Translations under genes and position numbers: made by a program
In this document: one piece after another, positions 1 through 9,569 of the stretch
Position numbering within the stretch: position 1 is the stretch's first letter
How the letters are laid out: every line of letters begins with the position of its first letter
Notes under the pieces: generated by a model
What the model was told of the DNA's origin: nothing
What the model saw: only the letters and a program-made list of their open reading frames with translations
Databases searched by the model: none
Assembly: GCA_040883315.1 (NCBI GenBank)
Contig: JBFLKU010000006.1
Location: 5,465-69,464, forward strand
From: Eubacteriales bacterium
Lineage (GTDB): Bacteria; Bacillota; Clostridia; Christensenellales; UMGS416
Length of the DNA stretch: 64,000 bases
Reading direction: 5' to 3'

Positions 1-23
1 ACATATAATTGGAGAGCAAATAG

Positions 24-1076
24 ATGAATATAGTAGTACTTAGCGGCGGACTAAGCGTAGAAAGAGACGTTTCATTATGCACAGGGTCACTAGTGGCAAA
101 GGCACTTATCAGAAAGGGACATAATGCGGTGATGGTGGACGTTATCGGCGACTACGAAATAGAGGACGGCGACTGCAGGAAATATATTGAGACATGCAGG
201 CAGAGAGAGGCTATTACATATTCAGTGAAAAAGGAAGCTCCCGATGTAAAAAAGATGCGCGCAGAGGTGGAGAAAAAAGGGAAGGGCATATTCGGCAAAA
301 ATGTGCTTAACCTATGCATGGCATCGGATATGGTATTCATGGCACTTCACGGAGGCGAAGGCGAGGACGGCAGGATTCAGGCAGCGTTGGATTTGTTCGG
401 TGTGAAGTACACTGGCTCTAGTTCGCTGGGCAGCAGCGTAGCCATGAGCAAAAGGTTCACAAAGCAGGTGTTTGAAGTGAACAAAATACTATCTCCTGCA
501 TATAGAATGATACTGCAAAAGGACTACACAGAGGAGCTGCTAAACAGCACCAAAATGCCATGCGTGGTGAAGACAAGCGCAGGCGGCTCCAGTGTGGGCG
601 TATATATTGCACAGAATAAAGATGAGCTGAAAAAAGCACTGGACGAGGCTTTCTATCTGGAAGATACAGTGATACTTGAAGAATACATAAAAGGCGTGGA
701 ATACACATGCGGTGTGTTTGACGGCAAAGGGCTGCCGGTGGTGGAGATACGCCCCAACGAAGGCTTTTATGACTACGAGCATAAATATCAGGCGGGCACT
801 ACTGTGGAGATTTGCCCAGCGCCATCATTGGATGATGACCAGGCAAAAAAAATGCAGGATATAGCGGTGAAGGCACATAATGCACTGGGGCTGGATGTAT
901 ACTCTCGTGCGGATTTTATAATGAATGATAAGGGTGAAATGTACTGCCTGGAGGTGAACACGCTGCCGGGCATGACTCCTACTAGTTTGCTTCCTCAGGA
1001 AGCCGCTGCAATCGGCATAGACTATGATGAACTGTGCCACCAGATGATAGTACTTTCTATGGAAAAGTATAAATAA
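24..1076 (+). CDS. ddl: D-alanine--D-alanine ligase
   Basis: Motifs GGLSVERDVSL, ALHGGEGEDG, GGSSVGV, FYDYEHKY (Tyr-type omega loop) and LEVNTLPGMT; GGAG RBS upstream. Confidence 0.95.
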   Translation: MNIVVLSGGLSVERDVSLCTGSLVAKALIRKGHNAVMVDVIGDYEIEDGDCRKYIETCRQREAITYSVKKEAPDVKKMRAEVEKKGKGIFGKNVLNLCMASDMVFMALHGGEGEDGRIQAALDLFGVKYTGSSSLGSSVAMSKRFTKQVFEVNKILSPAYRMILQKDYTEELLNSTKMPCVVKTSAGGSSVGVYIAQNKDELKKALDEAFYLEDTVILEEYIKGVEYTCGVFDGKGLPVVEIRPNEGFYDYEHKYQAGTTVEICPAPSLDDDQAKKMQDIAVKAHNALGLDVYSRADFIMNDKGEMYCLEVNTLPGMTPTSLLPQEAAAIGIDYDELCHQMIVLSMEKYK

Positions 1077-1086
1077 GGCGGAGAAA

Positions 1087-2445
1087 ATGGAACCAATTAT
1101 TTTAAAAGACATATTAAAAGCCTGCGACGGAAAGTTTTTCGGCGACGAAAAAATTCTGGATAGGCAAATATACGAAATATCCACCAACAGCCGTGAAATC
1201 GTAGAGAACACATTGTTTGTTCCTATAGTCGGCGACAAATTCGACGGGCATGATTTCATAGACAACGCCTTTAAAGACGGGTGCTTGTGTGCGCTTTCCC
1301 ACAAAAAGCTGAACAGAGAAAACTATATTTTAGTGGAGGATGCGCTAAAATCATATAGAGACATAGCGGAATACTACAGAGGGCTTTTTGATGTAAAGGT
1401 GATTGCAATAACGGGCAGCGTGGGCAAAACCACAGCAAAAGAGATGATGGCATCGGTGCTGTCTCAAAAATATGATGTACTGAAAAACGAAGGCAATTTC
1501 AACAACGAGGTTGGGCTTCCAAAGACTTTGCTGAATCTGGCAAAACACCATGAAATAGCCGTAGTGGAGATGGGAATGAATAGCTTTGGAGAAATCAGCA
1601 GACTGAGCAAAACAGCCAGACCGGACATATGCATTATAATGAATATAGGCGATGCGCATATTGGGAAGCTAGGCAGCAGAGAAGGAATATTCAGAGCAAA
1701 AACAGAAATATTTGACTATATGAAAAAGGACGGTCAGGTGTTTTTATATGGCAATGATGATATGCTGGTGGCACTGAATGAAAGCGATCTAAATCCTGTT
1801 TTTTTCGGCGAGAGCAGCTACAATCATGTAAGCGTAAAAGGAATGCAGTCCTCCAATATAGAAGGCACAGAGATACAAGCCAATATAAACGGGGAGCTGG
1901 TGGACATAAAAATACCGGTACCGGGCGGATATATGGTGCCATCGGTGCTTTGTGCTGCAGCTGTTGGCAAATCGCTGGGATTGACTGACCGAGAGATACA
2001 GCAGGGCGTACTTTCATATAGACCTGCGAAGATGCGAAAAGAGATAATAAACACGGGCAATTTAACAATAATAAACGATGCATACAATGCCTGTGAGGAT
2101 TCAATAATTGCTGGGCTGGAGCTTCTGGAGCTGGCAGTGGGCAGAAAGGCAGCCATACTAGGCGACATACTGGAGGTAGGCGAGCACGGGGAAAGAGTGC
2201 ACTACAGTGTGGGGCAAAAGGCAGCAGAAAAAAACGTGGATATAATAATATGCTGCGGAGAGCAATCTTGGCATACATACAGGGGTATTACAGAAAACAG
2301 CGAAAAGAAGGCATACTATTTTGAGGACAAAGCTAAGATGCACCAAGAGCTGGATAAAATAATAAAAAAAGGAGATACAGTGCTGGTGAAGGCATCCAGA
2401 GGATGCAGATTTGAGGAGACAGTAGAGTATCTGAAAACACTATAG
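1087..2445 (+). CDS. murF: UDP-N-acetylmuramoyl-tripeptide--D-alanyl-D-alanine ligase
   Basis: AITGSVGKTT P-loop, NFNNEVGLP, EMGM, NDAYNA, LVKASRG; directly follows ddl. Confidence 0.95.
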   Translation: MEPIILKDILKACDGKFFGDEKILDRQIYEISTNSREIVENTLFVPIVGDKFDGHDFIDNAFKDGCLCALSHKKLNRENYILVEDALKSYRDIAEYYRGLFDVKVIAITGSVGKTTAKEMMASVLSQKYDVLKNEGNFNNEVGLPKTLLNLAKHHEIAVVEMGMNSFGEISRLSKTARPDICIIMNIGDAHIGKLGSREGIFRAKTEIFDYMKKDGQVFLYGNDDMLVALNESDLNPVFFGESSYNHVSVKGMQSSNIEGTEIQANINGELVDIKIPVPGGYMVPSVLCAAAVGKSLGLTDREIQQGVLSYRPAKMRKEIINTGNLTIINDAYNACEDSIIAGLELLELAVGRKAAILGDILEVGEHGERVHYSVGQKAAEKNVDIIICCGEQSWHTYRGITENSEKKAYYFEDKAKMHQELDKIIKKGDTVLVKASRGCRFEETVEYLKTL

Positions 2446-2457
2446 ATAGATTTTTAT

Positions 2458-2482
2458 GCCAGCGATATGCTGGCGTTTTCTT
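2458..2482 (+). terminator. Intrinsic terminator after murF
   Basis: GCCAGC-gatat-GCTGGC stem followed by GTTTTCTT. Confidence 0.7.
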
Positions 2483-2651
2483 AATATGATTTTAGTCATA
2501 CCAATTAAAAATTTTATATATGTTAATCAAATATTACTTTTTTTTAACAATTAACGTTTTATTTTTTTTGAATATCGTGTATAATTAATGCGATATAGAA
2601 AGTAGCAGCTTTTTTCAAAAAGCATAGTATAAAGCACAAAGTAGGTAAAAA

Positions 2652-3644
2652 ATGAAATCAAAGAAAAAGACAATTTCAGTTTTTTTAATAATAATAGCAG
2701 TAGTGGTTTTTTCTTTTTCAGGGTGCGGAAAGCATGAGATAAAGGAAATAATAGAAGAGAATGGTATGACCCCTGAAAACATAGCTGAGTGGACCATGGA
2801 TATAGTGTATATCAGCGAAACCAGAGGCACAGGAGACAAAATATACACTACTCTTGGCGGAGATAGTGACGCATTTATTTCAATATTGAATTCTATTTAT
2901 GCAGCAGATATAGCGGAAAAGCCAAAAACCATTTTTTCAGCAGAGGCAATGTGCCAATATAAAATAGAATTTTATCATACTGATAAAGAAAATCCGCAGA
3001 TGACTTTTTACTTTGTACAGGGCGCAGAGCAGACTTTGCTGACATATGTGACCAAAACCAAAGAAGGTGAAGAGACATACATAAATTATGAGTTCTTTAC
3101 GCCTTATGGGGACGTTGCCACTGTGCTGGCAGAGCAAAGAGCGGACGCATTTGTTCCAGAGGACGAGCTGGCAATCTCTTTTGTATCCAGAACAGAGATG
3201 ATGTCTACTATACAAGAGGCTGACCTAATATATTTCGTGCCTGAAAAAGAGCTGGAGAACAATGAGAGAGACAACACCGATATACCTTTTGAATTCTACG
3301 AGGGAGAACTGCCTGATGACAAGGCTACAAACTCTCAGCTATATTCCAGCAGAACAGTCGCCGGCATTTTGAGCGATGAATACCTGCTGACCTCACATGT
3401 GACCAATGATAAGGGGATATCCGAGGAGTGGTCAATTACAGAGGTCAGATACAATGATACATATACCTTGGTGCTGGTCACAAGGCCTCAATACGATATA
3501 TTGGATAGCCTAGGATTATCGCCAAGCAGTGCCATATTGCTGAAAAAAGCAGACCTGCCTTTGGATAAATGGATAGTATTTTTGGATATTGACAATGAAA
3601 ACAAGGTGGTGGATGTGATAGATCCAGAATTGGAACTTCATTAA
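2652..3644 (+). CDS. Hypothetical acidic lipoprotein
   Basis: Basic N-terminus, hydrophobic stretch and lipobox FSGC; no family recognised. Confidence 0.75.
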   Translation: MKSKKKTISVFLIIIAVVVFSFSGCGKHEIKEIIEENGMTPENIAEWTMDIVYISETRGTGDKIYTTLGGDSDAFISILNSIYAADIAEKPKTIFSAEAMCQYKIEFYHTDKENPQMTFYFVQGAEQTLLTYVTKTKEGEETYINYEFFTPYGDVATVLAEQRADAFVPEDELAISFVSRTEMMSTIQEADLIYFVPEKELENNERDNTDIPFEFYEGELPDDKATNSQLYSSRTVAGILSDEYLLTSHVTNDKGISEEWSITEVRYNDTYTLVLVTRPQYDILDSLGLSPSSAILLKKADLPLDKWIVFLDIDNENKVVDVIDPELELH

Positions 3645-3681
3645 TTAGATTTTTAAAAATTCGAATAGATAAGGATATTAA

Positions 3682-4686
3682 ATGGATCAAAATATTTTAT
3701 TAGCAGTCGTTCTTTTAGCAGTTGGATTTTTGCTGACTATTAAGGGCGGAGACTGGTTTGTGGATGCTGCAATTTGGGTGGCAGAGGTGACCAACATTCC
3801 GAAGATACTGATAGGTGCAACTATTGTAGCGCTTTGCACTACTATGCCGGAGCTGATGGTTTCCACATTTGCAGTAGCATCTGGAACACAGGACATGGGC
3901 ATAGGTAATGCGGTTGGTTCTATAATATGTAACACCAGCTTGATACTTGGAATATCTATCACTTTCCTTCCCAGCACAGTAAGCCGCAAATCATTCTGGA
4001 TAAAGTGTGCTTTTCTCGTAGGTTCCATTCTAACATTGGCAATCTTTGCACTTGACTTAAGAATTACGTGGATTGAAGGCTCGATTCTAGTTGTATTCCT
4101 CATCCTCTACTTCCTGATTAACGTTCGCACAGCTATGGACGCAAGAAGCGGAAATGTGATACATGAGAGCGTGGATACCACCAAAAAGACCGTGACAAAA
4201 AACCTGATGAAATTTTTGTTTGGAGTTGTTTTTATAATAATCGGTGCAAGGCTTTTGGTAGACAACGGAGTGATAATAGCAAAGGCATTGGGTGTATCAG
4301 ACCAGATAATCGGGCTGACAGTAATAGCATTGGGAACATCGCTTCCGGAGCTGATAACCACAATATCTGCTGTTGTGAAAAGAGAGTTTACACTATCTAT
4401 AGGCAATGTACTTGGCGCAAATATATTAAATATTTTATTGATAATATCCGTTTGCTCTATAATGACAGACAGCGGACTAGAAATATCGATGCAGAATGTA
4501 CCATTAATAAAGAGCCAGATACCTCAGTCGTTGTATTTGGATTTGCCAGTAGCACTAGCTGTTTCATTGATAGTCATGGTTCCTGCACTAATTACAGGAA
4601 AATTCAAAAGATGGCAGGGCATCACTTTGCTGGCTAGCTATGTGATGTATATAGGATATTTAAGTTTAGATTTATTTTTAGCATAA
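3682..4686 (+). CDS. Calcium/sodium antiporter (YrbG/CaCA family)
   Basis: Two alpha-repeats: GATIVALCTTMPE...GNAVGS and GLTVIALGTSLPE...GNVLGAN. Confidence 0.9.
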   Translation: MDQNILLAVVLLAVGFLLTIKGGDWFVDAAIWVAEVTNIPKILIGATIVALCTTMPELMVSTFAVASGTQDMGIGNAVGSIICNTSLILGISITFLPSTVSRKSFWIKCAFLVGSILTLAIFALDLRITWIEGSILVVFLILYFLINVRTAMDARSGNVIHESVDTTKKTVTKNLMKFLFGVVFIIIGARLLVDNGVIIAKALGVSDQIIGLTVIALGTSLPELITTISAVVKREFTLSIGNVLGANILNILLIISVCSIMTDSGLEISMQNVPLIKSQIPQSLYLDLPVALAVSLIVMVPALITGKFKRWQGITLLASYVMYIGYLSLDLFLA

Positions 4687-4704
4687 ATATAAAGGAGTAG
4701 GACT

Positions 4705-5196
4705 ATGAGAGTAAGTATTAAACAAAAAATCTTTTCTTTCGGAGATAAATTCTCGGTGAATGCTGAGGATGGAACACCTATAATTTTTGTAGAGGGCAAG
4801 GTATTTACAGTAGGCAACAAGCTGAATGTATACGATGCCAATGGAGACGAGCTATTTTATATTGAGCAGAAGCTTTTCAAATTGCTTCCTGAATACAGAA
4901 TTTTTTCTGGCGGGCAGGAAGTTGCATTTTTGAAGAGAGAGTTTACTATACTAAAGCCAAAAATCAATATTACAAGTACCTATGGCAATTTTTCTATTGA
5001 AGGTAATTTCATAGGCTATAACTTCAATATATTTAAGGATGGAAACGTGGTAGGAACTGTTAGCAAAAAGTTTGTGGCATTCTCAGACACATATACGCTG
5101 GATATCTTCGGGGAAGAAAATGTGCCGTTTTTAATCACTCTGACAATAGTTATAGACCAGATACTCCACGATGGAGACAAGAAAAGCAGTTATTAA
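4705..5196 (+). CDS. LURP-one-related / Tubby C-terminal-like (YxjI-type) protein
   Basis: IKQKIFSFGDKF start, V-x-GK, SKKF..SDTY and terminal helix TIVIDQ typical of the family. Confidence 0.8.
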   Translation: MRVSIKQKIFSFGDKFSVNAEDGTPIIFVEGKVFTVGNKLNVYDANGDELFYIEQKLFKLLPEYRIFSGGQEVAFLKREFTILKPKINITSTYGNFSIEGNFIGYNFNIFKDGNVVGTVSKKFVAFSDTYTLDIFGEENVPFLITLTIVIDQILHDGDKKSSY

Positions 5197-5205
5197 TAAA
5201 AACAG

Positions 5206-5240
5206 AAGCCTGAGAACTAAATTGGTTCACAGGCTTTTTT
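5206..5240. terminator. Probably bidirectional terminator between convergent genes
   Basis: AAGCCTGAGAAC / GTTCACAGGCTT stem with T-tract on + and A-rich tract upstream. Confidence 0.75.
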
Positions 5241-5248
5241 AATGCATT

Positions 5249-6556
5249 TTATTTTTCATCCAGCATTTTCGTCATGGCAGGCAGATAAATAATCAGCACC
5301 GCGAGACGGAGAAGGCCGGAGAGAGAAAAGAGAATCTTGTATCTGTCCAAATCTATAAAAGCAAAATGAAAATTCACATCTCCAAGAAGCTCTAGGAATA
5401 CTCCGCCCGTAAGGTAACCAAGAACTGTGGCAATAGAGGTTATTACGGAGTATATAGCTATATACATTGTTCGATTGTCTTGAGGCAGAGTGCTGATTAG
5501 CATTTTCTGGGCTGTAGTATTTATTCCTATTAGGGTCATGCCGTTAAATATTGAAAACAGTAAAAAAGCAACTATACTTCCTTTGGTAGAAAACAACATT
5601 ATCATCGGTATTATAGATGATACAACGCCTGCACGAATTAATACATGATGTGTGCCGGATTTATCCAGAGCATTCCCCCACATTGGAGCAGCGAAGAAAG
5701 CTACTGAGTTAAACGCTATCTGCCCAAAAACAGCAACCTTTATAAAAGAAAGCTCCAGTGCTGTAAGTGCATAAAGATTGTAGAAGGCTACAGAAAGGTT
5801 TAGGGTGAATGCCCACAATGACCAGAAGATTATATATCTTCTGAAGCCGGCAGAAGCGAAAGCCTTTTTGAAAAATGCTTTCAGAGGTGGGCGAGGCGCT
5901 ACATTCATGGGTATATCTGTTATAAAAACAAATCCAAGTATATCTATAATTCCAGCTACTCCTGCAATTGCAAAGACTATAGCGAAAGATTCATACGACG
6001 TATTATTATTTAGATATATAGACACCAGCAAAGTGGCAGTGACTGATACGATAGTGCCTATAGACTCTCTTAGCCCAAAATATCTTCCTATCATCTGTGG
6101 TGGTATAAGGTCGCCAATCCATGAGAAGAATCCAACTCCCAGCATGCTATTGGCGATTGATGAGATTATCATGAAGAAAAGTATATAGTATACGGCATTA
6201 GAGCCGTTGTTGGCTAGAACCAACAGAGGCACAAGCCCTATAGCCACCCATGAAAGCCTGGCGACTATTCCGCACGCAATGAATAGTGACTTTCTCTTTT
6301 TGGTTTTTTCCAATATTATAGATGCTGCTATCTGCAGGGCGTTGCCAAAGATAGGCAAAGCAATAAGCAGGCTGTAGAAAAAATCACCCGCACCTAGCTT
6401 GTCTGCAAATTTTGTGATAGGTACGCCTGTGGTTATAGGAAAAAATATATAAAAAGCCGCAAAGGAAAAAATAGTGATACTAATGTCCTTGCGGCGTTTT
6501 TTGTCTAAATTAAAATTGTCGTATAGTGATTTGACTGGTCCTGAGTATCTTGACAT
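5249..6556 (-). CDS. MFS transporter
   Basis: About 12 hydrophobic segments; SWIGDLIP...GRYFG and WGNALDKSG loop motifs. Confidence 0.85.
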   Translation of the reverse strand: MSRYSGPVKSLYDNFNLDKKRRKDISITIFSFAAFYIFFPITTGVPITKFADKLGAGDFFYSLLIALPIFGNALQIAASIILEKTKKRKSLFIACGIVARLSWVAIGLVPLLVLANNGSNAVYYILFFMIISSIANSMLGVGFFSWIGDLIPPQMIGRYFGLRESIGTIVSVTATLLVSIYLNNNTSYESFAIVFAIAGVAGIIDILGFVFITDIPMNVAPRPPLKAFFKKAFASAGFRRYIIFWSLWAFTLNLSVAFYNLYALTALELSFIKVAVFGQIAFNSVAFFAAPMWGNALDKSGTHHVLIRAGVVSSIIPMIMLFSTKGSIVAFLLFSIFNGMTLIGINTTAQKMLISTLPQDNRTMYIAIYSVITSIATVLGYLTGGVFLELLGDVNFHFAFIDLDRYKILFSLSGLLRLAVLIIYLPAMTKMLDEK

Positions 6557-6641
6557 TTAAATCGAGCCTCCTGAAAGTACAAAGATGATACTTTGCTTTC
6601 ACGCCGATTATAATACAAGATGCAAAAAAGTCAATTGTTTT

Positions 6642-7145
6642 TTATAACAATTCTTCATTGTCTTTCTTTAAAACTTTTTTGAGCACTAGCAGAAGCAATA
6701 TTCCCAAAACATAGCATGCTATCACTTGGCCTGCACCTACTTGCAGCATTAGGATAGGAAGAGAAATGGGAACCTGCACAACATAGTATAGAAGCAGCCC
6801 TACGACCACTGCATTTACTACAACTGGCGGCAAAGGAACCAAGAAAATGTGTTTTCTCAGCTTGTATGATAGCCATGCAGCTACAAGCGTGGCTAGAGAG
6901 CCGAAAATAATATCCAATATACCGGCGCTCAATCCTAGCATAGTACCAATTGTATTTGTAAGTATGCAGCCAATAAAAAGCCCGGGAATGGCACTAGGAA
7001 ACAATGCTGGAAGCACTGTTAAAGCCTCTGAAAACCTGATTTGAATGGGCCCGTATGATAGTGGCGCAACAGCAAGGCTGATGGCAGTATATGCAGCAGC
7101 AATAAGGGCTGCTTGCGTTATATATCTGGTATTTATTTTTTTCAT
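6642..7145 (-). CDS. queT: QueT-family queuosine precursor transporter (ECF S component)
   Basis: QAALIAAAY, PLSYGPIQIRFSEAL, GLFIGC..N, DIIFGSLAT; start placed at 7145 (MKKIN) after GGAG. Confidence 0.85.
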   Translation of the reverse strand: MKKINTRYITQAALIAAAYTAISLAVAPLSYGPIQIRFSEALTVLPALFPSAIPGLFIGCILTNTIGTMLGLSAGILDIIFGSLATLVAAWLSYKLRKHIFLVPLPPVVVNAVVVGLLLYYVVQVPISLPILMLQVGAGQVIACYVLGILLLLVLKKVLKKDNEELL

Positions 7146-7233
7146 GCTATTCTCCATATGATAAAAAGTATAATTACGGCACTAAAATAAAGTGCGGAAT
7201 AAGAATATCATAAAGAGGTTGATTTATCAACTG

Positions 7234-7261
7234 TTGATATTTAAAGGGGTTATGTTATAAT
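7234..7261 (+). promoter_or_regulatory. Sigma-A promoter of the GNAT-GtrA gene
   Basis: TTGATA-16 nt-TATAAT with extended TG. Confidence 0.55.
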
Positions 7262-7283
7262 ACCCAAAGAGAAGGTACTGCTT

Positions 7284-8237
7284 ATGGATTTGATGAAAAT
7301 TGATATAATTAAAGATAGCATAAGGCTTCGACCTATAAGGATGCAGGATAAGGACGATATATATGCAGAATTCACCGATGAAGTGGTGGAATACATGCTG
7401 CCAAATACGCCCAAAGACATAGATGAGACTATTGAGTTTATCGATGTTTCTATTGCTACGATGGAGGCGGGGTACAATATACAGCTTTGCATTGTAGACG
7501 CTGAAACAGATGAATTTTTTGGCTGCATTGGTCTGCACAGAATAGACAAGGATATCCCTGAATTTGGCATATGGCTGAAAAAGAGTGCCCACGGGAAAGG
7601 CATAGGCAAAAAGAGCATAAAAATGCTTTATGACTTTGCCTGTGAAAACCTGAAACACAAATACTACAAATACCCTGTGGATGAGAGAAACATACCGAGC
7701 AGTAAGATACCGGAATTTCTAGGCGGCGAGATAGCCGAACATGAAACATATGACAGAGAGGGCAGAGAGCCGCTGCGTGTGGTGGTGTATAAAATCCGTG
7801 CAAACAGGAGAAACCCTATGATAACGAAGGCAAAAGAAGTCTATATAAAGTATAGACAATTTATTTTGTTTTGCGTAGTAGGGGCAATGAACACTATAAT
7901 TACGCTGGCTGTATTATACGTACTGAATAGTATTGTAGGACTAAATCATATATTAGCATCTGATATTGGATATTTGTGCGGAGTGGTGAATGGATACATA
8001 TGGTCTACGTTTTTAGTATTTAAAAAGAAAAAAACAGTAAACAATGCAGTTAAGTTTATAATAGTAAATCTCATTGTGCTTTCTGCAAATACAGCGCTTA
8101 TGTATTTGTTTGTGGATATTATAGGAATGGAAAACTCGCTTAATTTAGGGAAACTGCCGGCACAAGCAATAACAATATGCTTTACGATGGTCATGAACTT
8201 TTTGCTAAATAAGTTCTGGACATTTAAGGAAAAATGA
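7284..8237 (+). CDS. RimJ/RimL-type GNAT acetyltransferase fused in frame to a GtrA-family membrane domain
   Basis: N-terminal GNAT (FFGCIGL, EFGIWLKKSAHGKGIG, NIPSSK); C-terminal GtrA (QFILFCVVGAMNT...NFLLNKFWTF) starting at ATG 7818. Confidence 0.8.
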   Translation: MDLMKIDIIKDSIRLRPIRMQDKDDIYAEFTDEVVEYMLPNTPKDIDETIEFIDVSIATMEAGYNIQLCIVDAETDEFFGCIGLHRIDKDIPEFGIWLKKSAHGKGIGKKSIKMLYDFACENLKHKYYKYPVDERNIPSSKIPEFLGGEIAEHETYDREGREPLRVVVYKIRANRRNPMITKAKEVYIKYRQFILFCVVGAMNTIITLAVLYVLNSIVGLNHILASDIGYLCGVVNGYIWSTFLVFKKKKTVNNAVKFIIVNLIVLSANTALMYLFVDIIGMENSLNLGKLPAQAITICFTMVMNFLLNKFWTFKEK

Positions 8238-8306
8238 CATATAATATGCAGGCAGTATAATAAAAAATTATGTTTTATAAATGCAAAACAAGACCATAAA
8301 AAGCTG

Positions 8307-8335
8307 TTGACTTGTAAATTATATGGTGTTATAAT
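8307..8335 (+). promoter_or_regulatory. Sigma-A promoter upstream of rpmG-secE-nusG
   Basis: TTGACT-17 nt-TATAAT with extended TG. Confidence 0.75.
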
Positions 8336-8458
8336 GTTAGCGGTGTCTTTTCAGAGAAAAGAGACCGTTTTTTAATGAAAGAATTATTTCTTTTTATCTT
8401 TACAGTTTTATATGATATATCGTTGTATCATTAAGGCATAGAAAGGACTTGAATAACA

Positions 8459-8608
8459 ATGCGTGTAGGAATAACTTTAGCATGTACAGAATGCAAACAA
8501 AGAAATTACGAAACAAAGAAGAACAAGAAAAACAATACAGACAGAATAGAGCTGAATAAGTATTGTCGTTTTTGCAAAAAGCAAACATTACACAGAGAAA
8601 CAAAATAA
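8459..8608 (+). CDS. rpmG: 50S ribosomal protein L33 (zinc-binding form); not in the supplied ORF track
   Basis: Translated by hand: [49 protein letters not shown]; AAAGGA RBS; precedes secE. Confidence 0.95.
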   Translation: MRVGITLACTECKQRNYETKKNKKNNTDRIELNKYCRFCKKQTLHRETK

Positions 8609-8631
8609 TTTTATTACGTTAGGATGTAATC

Positions 8632-8874
8632 ATGGCAAACACAAAAGTTAAGAAAACAGATAAGAGCAAGAAAAAACGCGGATTTCTAAGAAGAATCGGT
8701 CATTTTTTCAAGGAAGTTGTAAGCGAACTGAAAAAAGTAACTTGGCCTACAAAAAGAACAGTTGTATCATATACAATTGCTGTTGTAGTATTTGTAATCA
8801 TTATGATGGTTATCGTATTCTTTTTAGACCAAGGTGCAACAAAAGTATTTGACCTTATAGGCAAAATACAATAA
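8632..8874 (+). CDS. secE: Preprotein translocase subunit SecE
   Basis: FFKEVVSELKKVTWP motif plus one TM helix; lies between rpmG and nusG. Confidence 0.95.
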   Translation: MANTKVKKTDKSKKKRGFLRRIGHFFKEVVSELKKVTWPTKRTVVSYTIAVVVFVIIMMVIVFFLDQGATKVFDLIGKIQ

Positions 8875-9006
8875 TTCTGTTATATTTTGATACTTGTTTT
8901 CATCAAGCACTATTTAAAATTTGCTTGCTGCAGATAAGTATTGGCTAGACTTACACATGAGTTGAACTACTGGCAAAGGAGGCAAGGGTACTATATCCCT
9001 AATGTT

Positions 9007-9537
9007 ATGACAGAAAAAGATAAAGGCGCTTGGTATGTAGTTCATACGTATTCAGGTTATGAAAATAAAGTAAAATCCAACTTGGAAAAGGCCATCGAAA
9101 ACCAAAACCTGCAGGATCAGATTTTTGAAATCAAGGTTCCTATGGAGGAAGTTTTGGATGTAAAAAACGGCAAGAAAAAGCTTGTGATGAAAAAGGTCTT
9201 TCCGGGCTATGTGATGGTTAAAATGGTGATGAATGACGACTCTTGGTATGTTGTGCGAAATACAAGAGGCGTGACGGGCTTTGTTGGCCCAGGTTCAAAG
9301 CCTGTTCCTTTAACTGATGAAGAAGTAGTCACCATGGGAATGGAGCGCATTCCTATCAAGCGCACATTCGAGGTGGGCGACACCGTGCGAGTGATAAAGG
9401 GTGCACTGGAAAACTTCAATGGCGTAGTAGAGGAAGTATTTGAAGACAGGCAAAAGGTGAGAATATCGGTTTCTATGTTTGGTCGTGAAACGCCAGTGGA
9501 GCTGGAATTCTTCCAAGTAAAGAAAATAAAAGACTAA
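9007..9537 (+). CDS. nusG: Transcription termination/antitermination factor NusG
   Basis: WYVVHTYSGYENKV, FPGYV, VRNTRGVTGFVG, KOW domain and MFGRETPVEL; start placed at ATG 9007. Confidence 0.95.
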   Translation: MTEKDKGAWYVVHTYSGYENKVKSNLEKAIENQNLQDQIFEIKVPMEEVLDVKNGKKKLVMKKVFPGYVMVKMVMNDDSWYVVRNTRGVTGFVGPGSKPVPLTDEEVVTMGMERIPIKRTFEVGDTVRVIKGALENFNGVVEEVFEDRQKVRISVSMFGRETPVELEFFQVKKIKD

Positions 9538-9569
9538 AATGCATATTACACTTTTTTAAGTGTTTTATA

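Noticed and set aside
24-1076. VanA/VanB-type D-Ala-D-Lac ligase
   Set aside because: The omega loop is YDYEHKY (D-Ala-D-Ala type), and the gene sits with murF rather than vanH/vanX
8941-9006. N-terminal extensions given by the ORF track (nusG, MATE, tetR, M15 peptidase, icd, tgt)
   Set aside because: Downstream ATGs have a proper RBS or promoter geometry and match family N-termini; the extensions run through terminators or promoters
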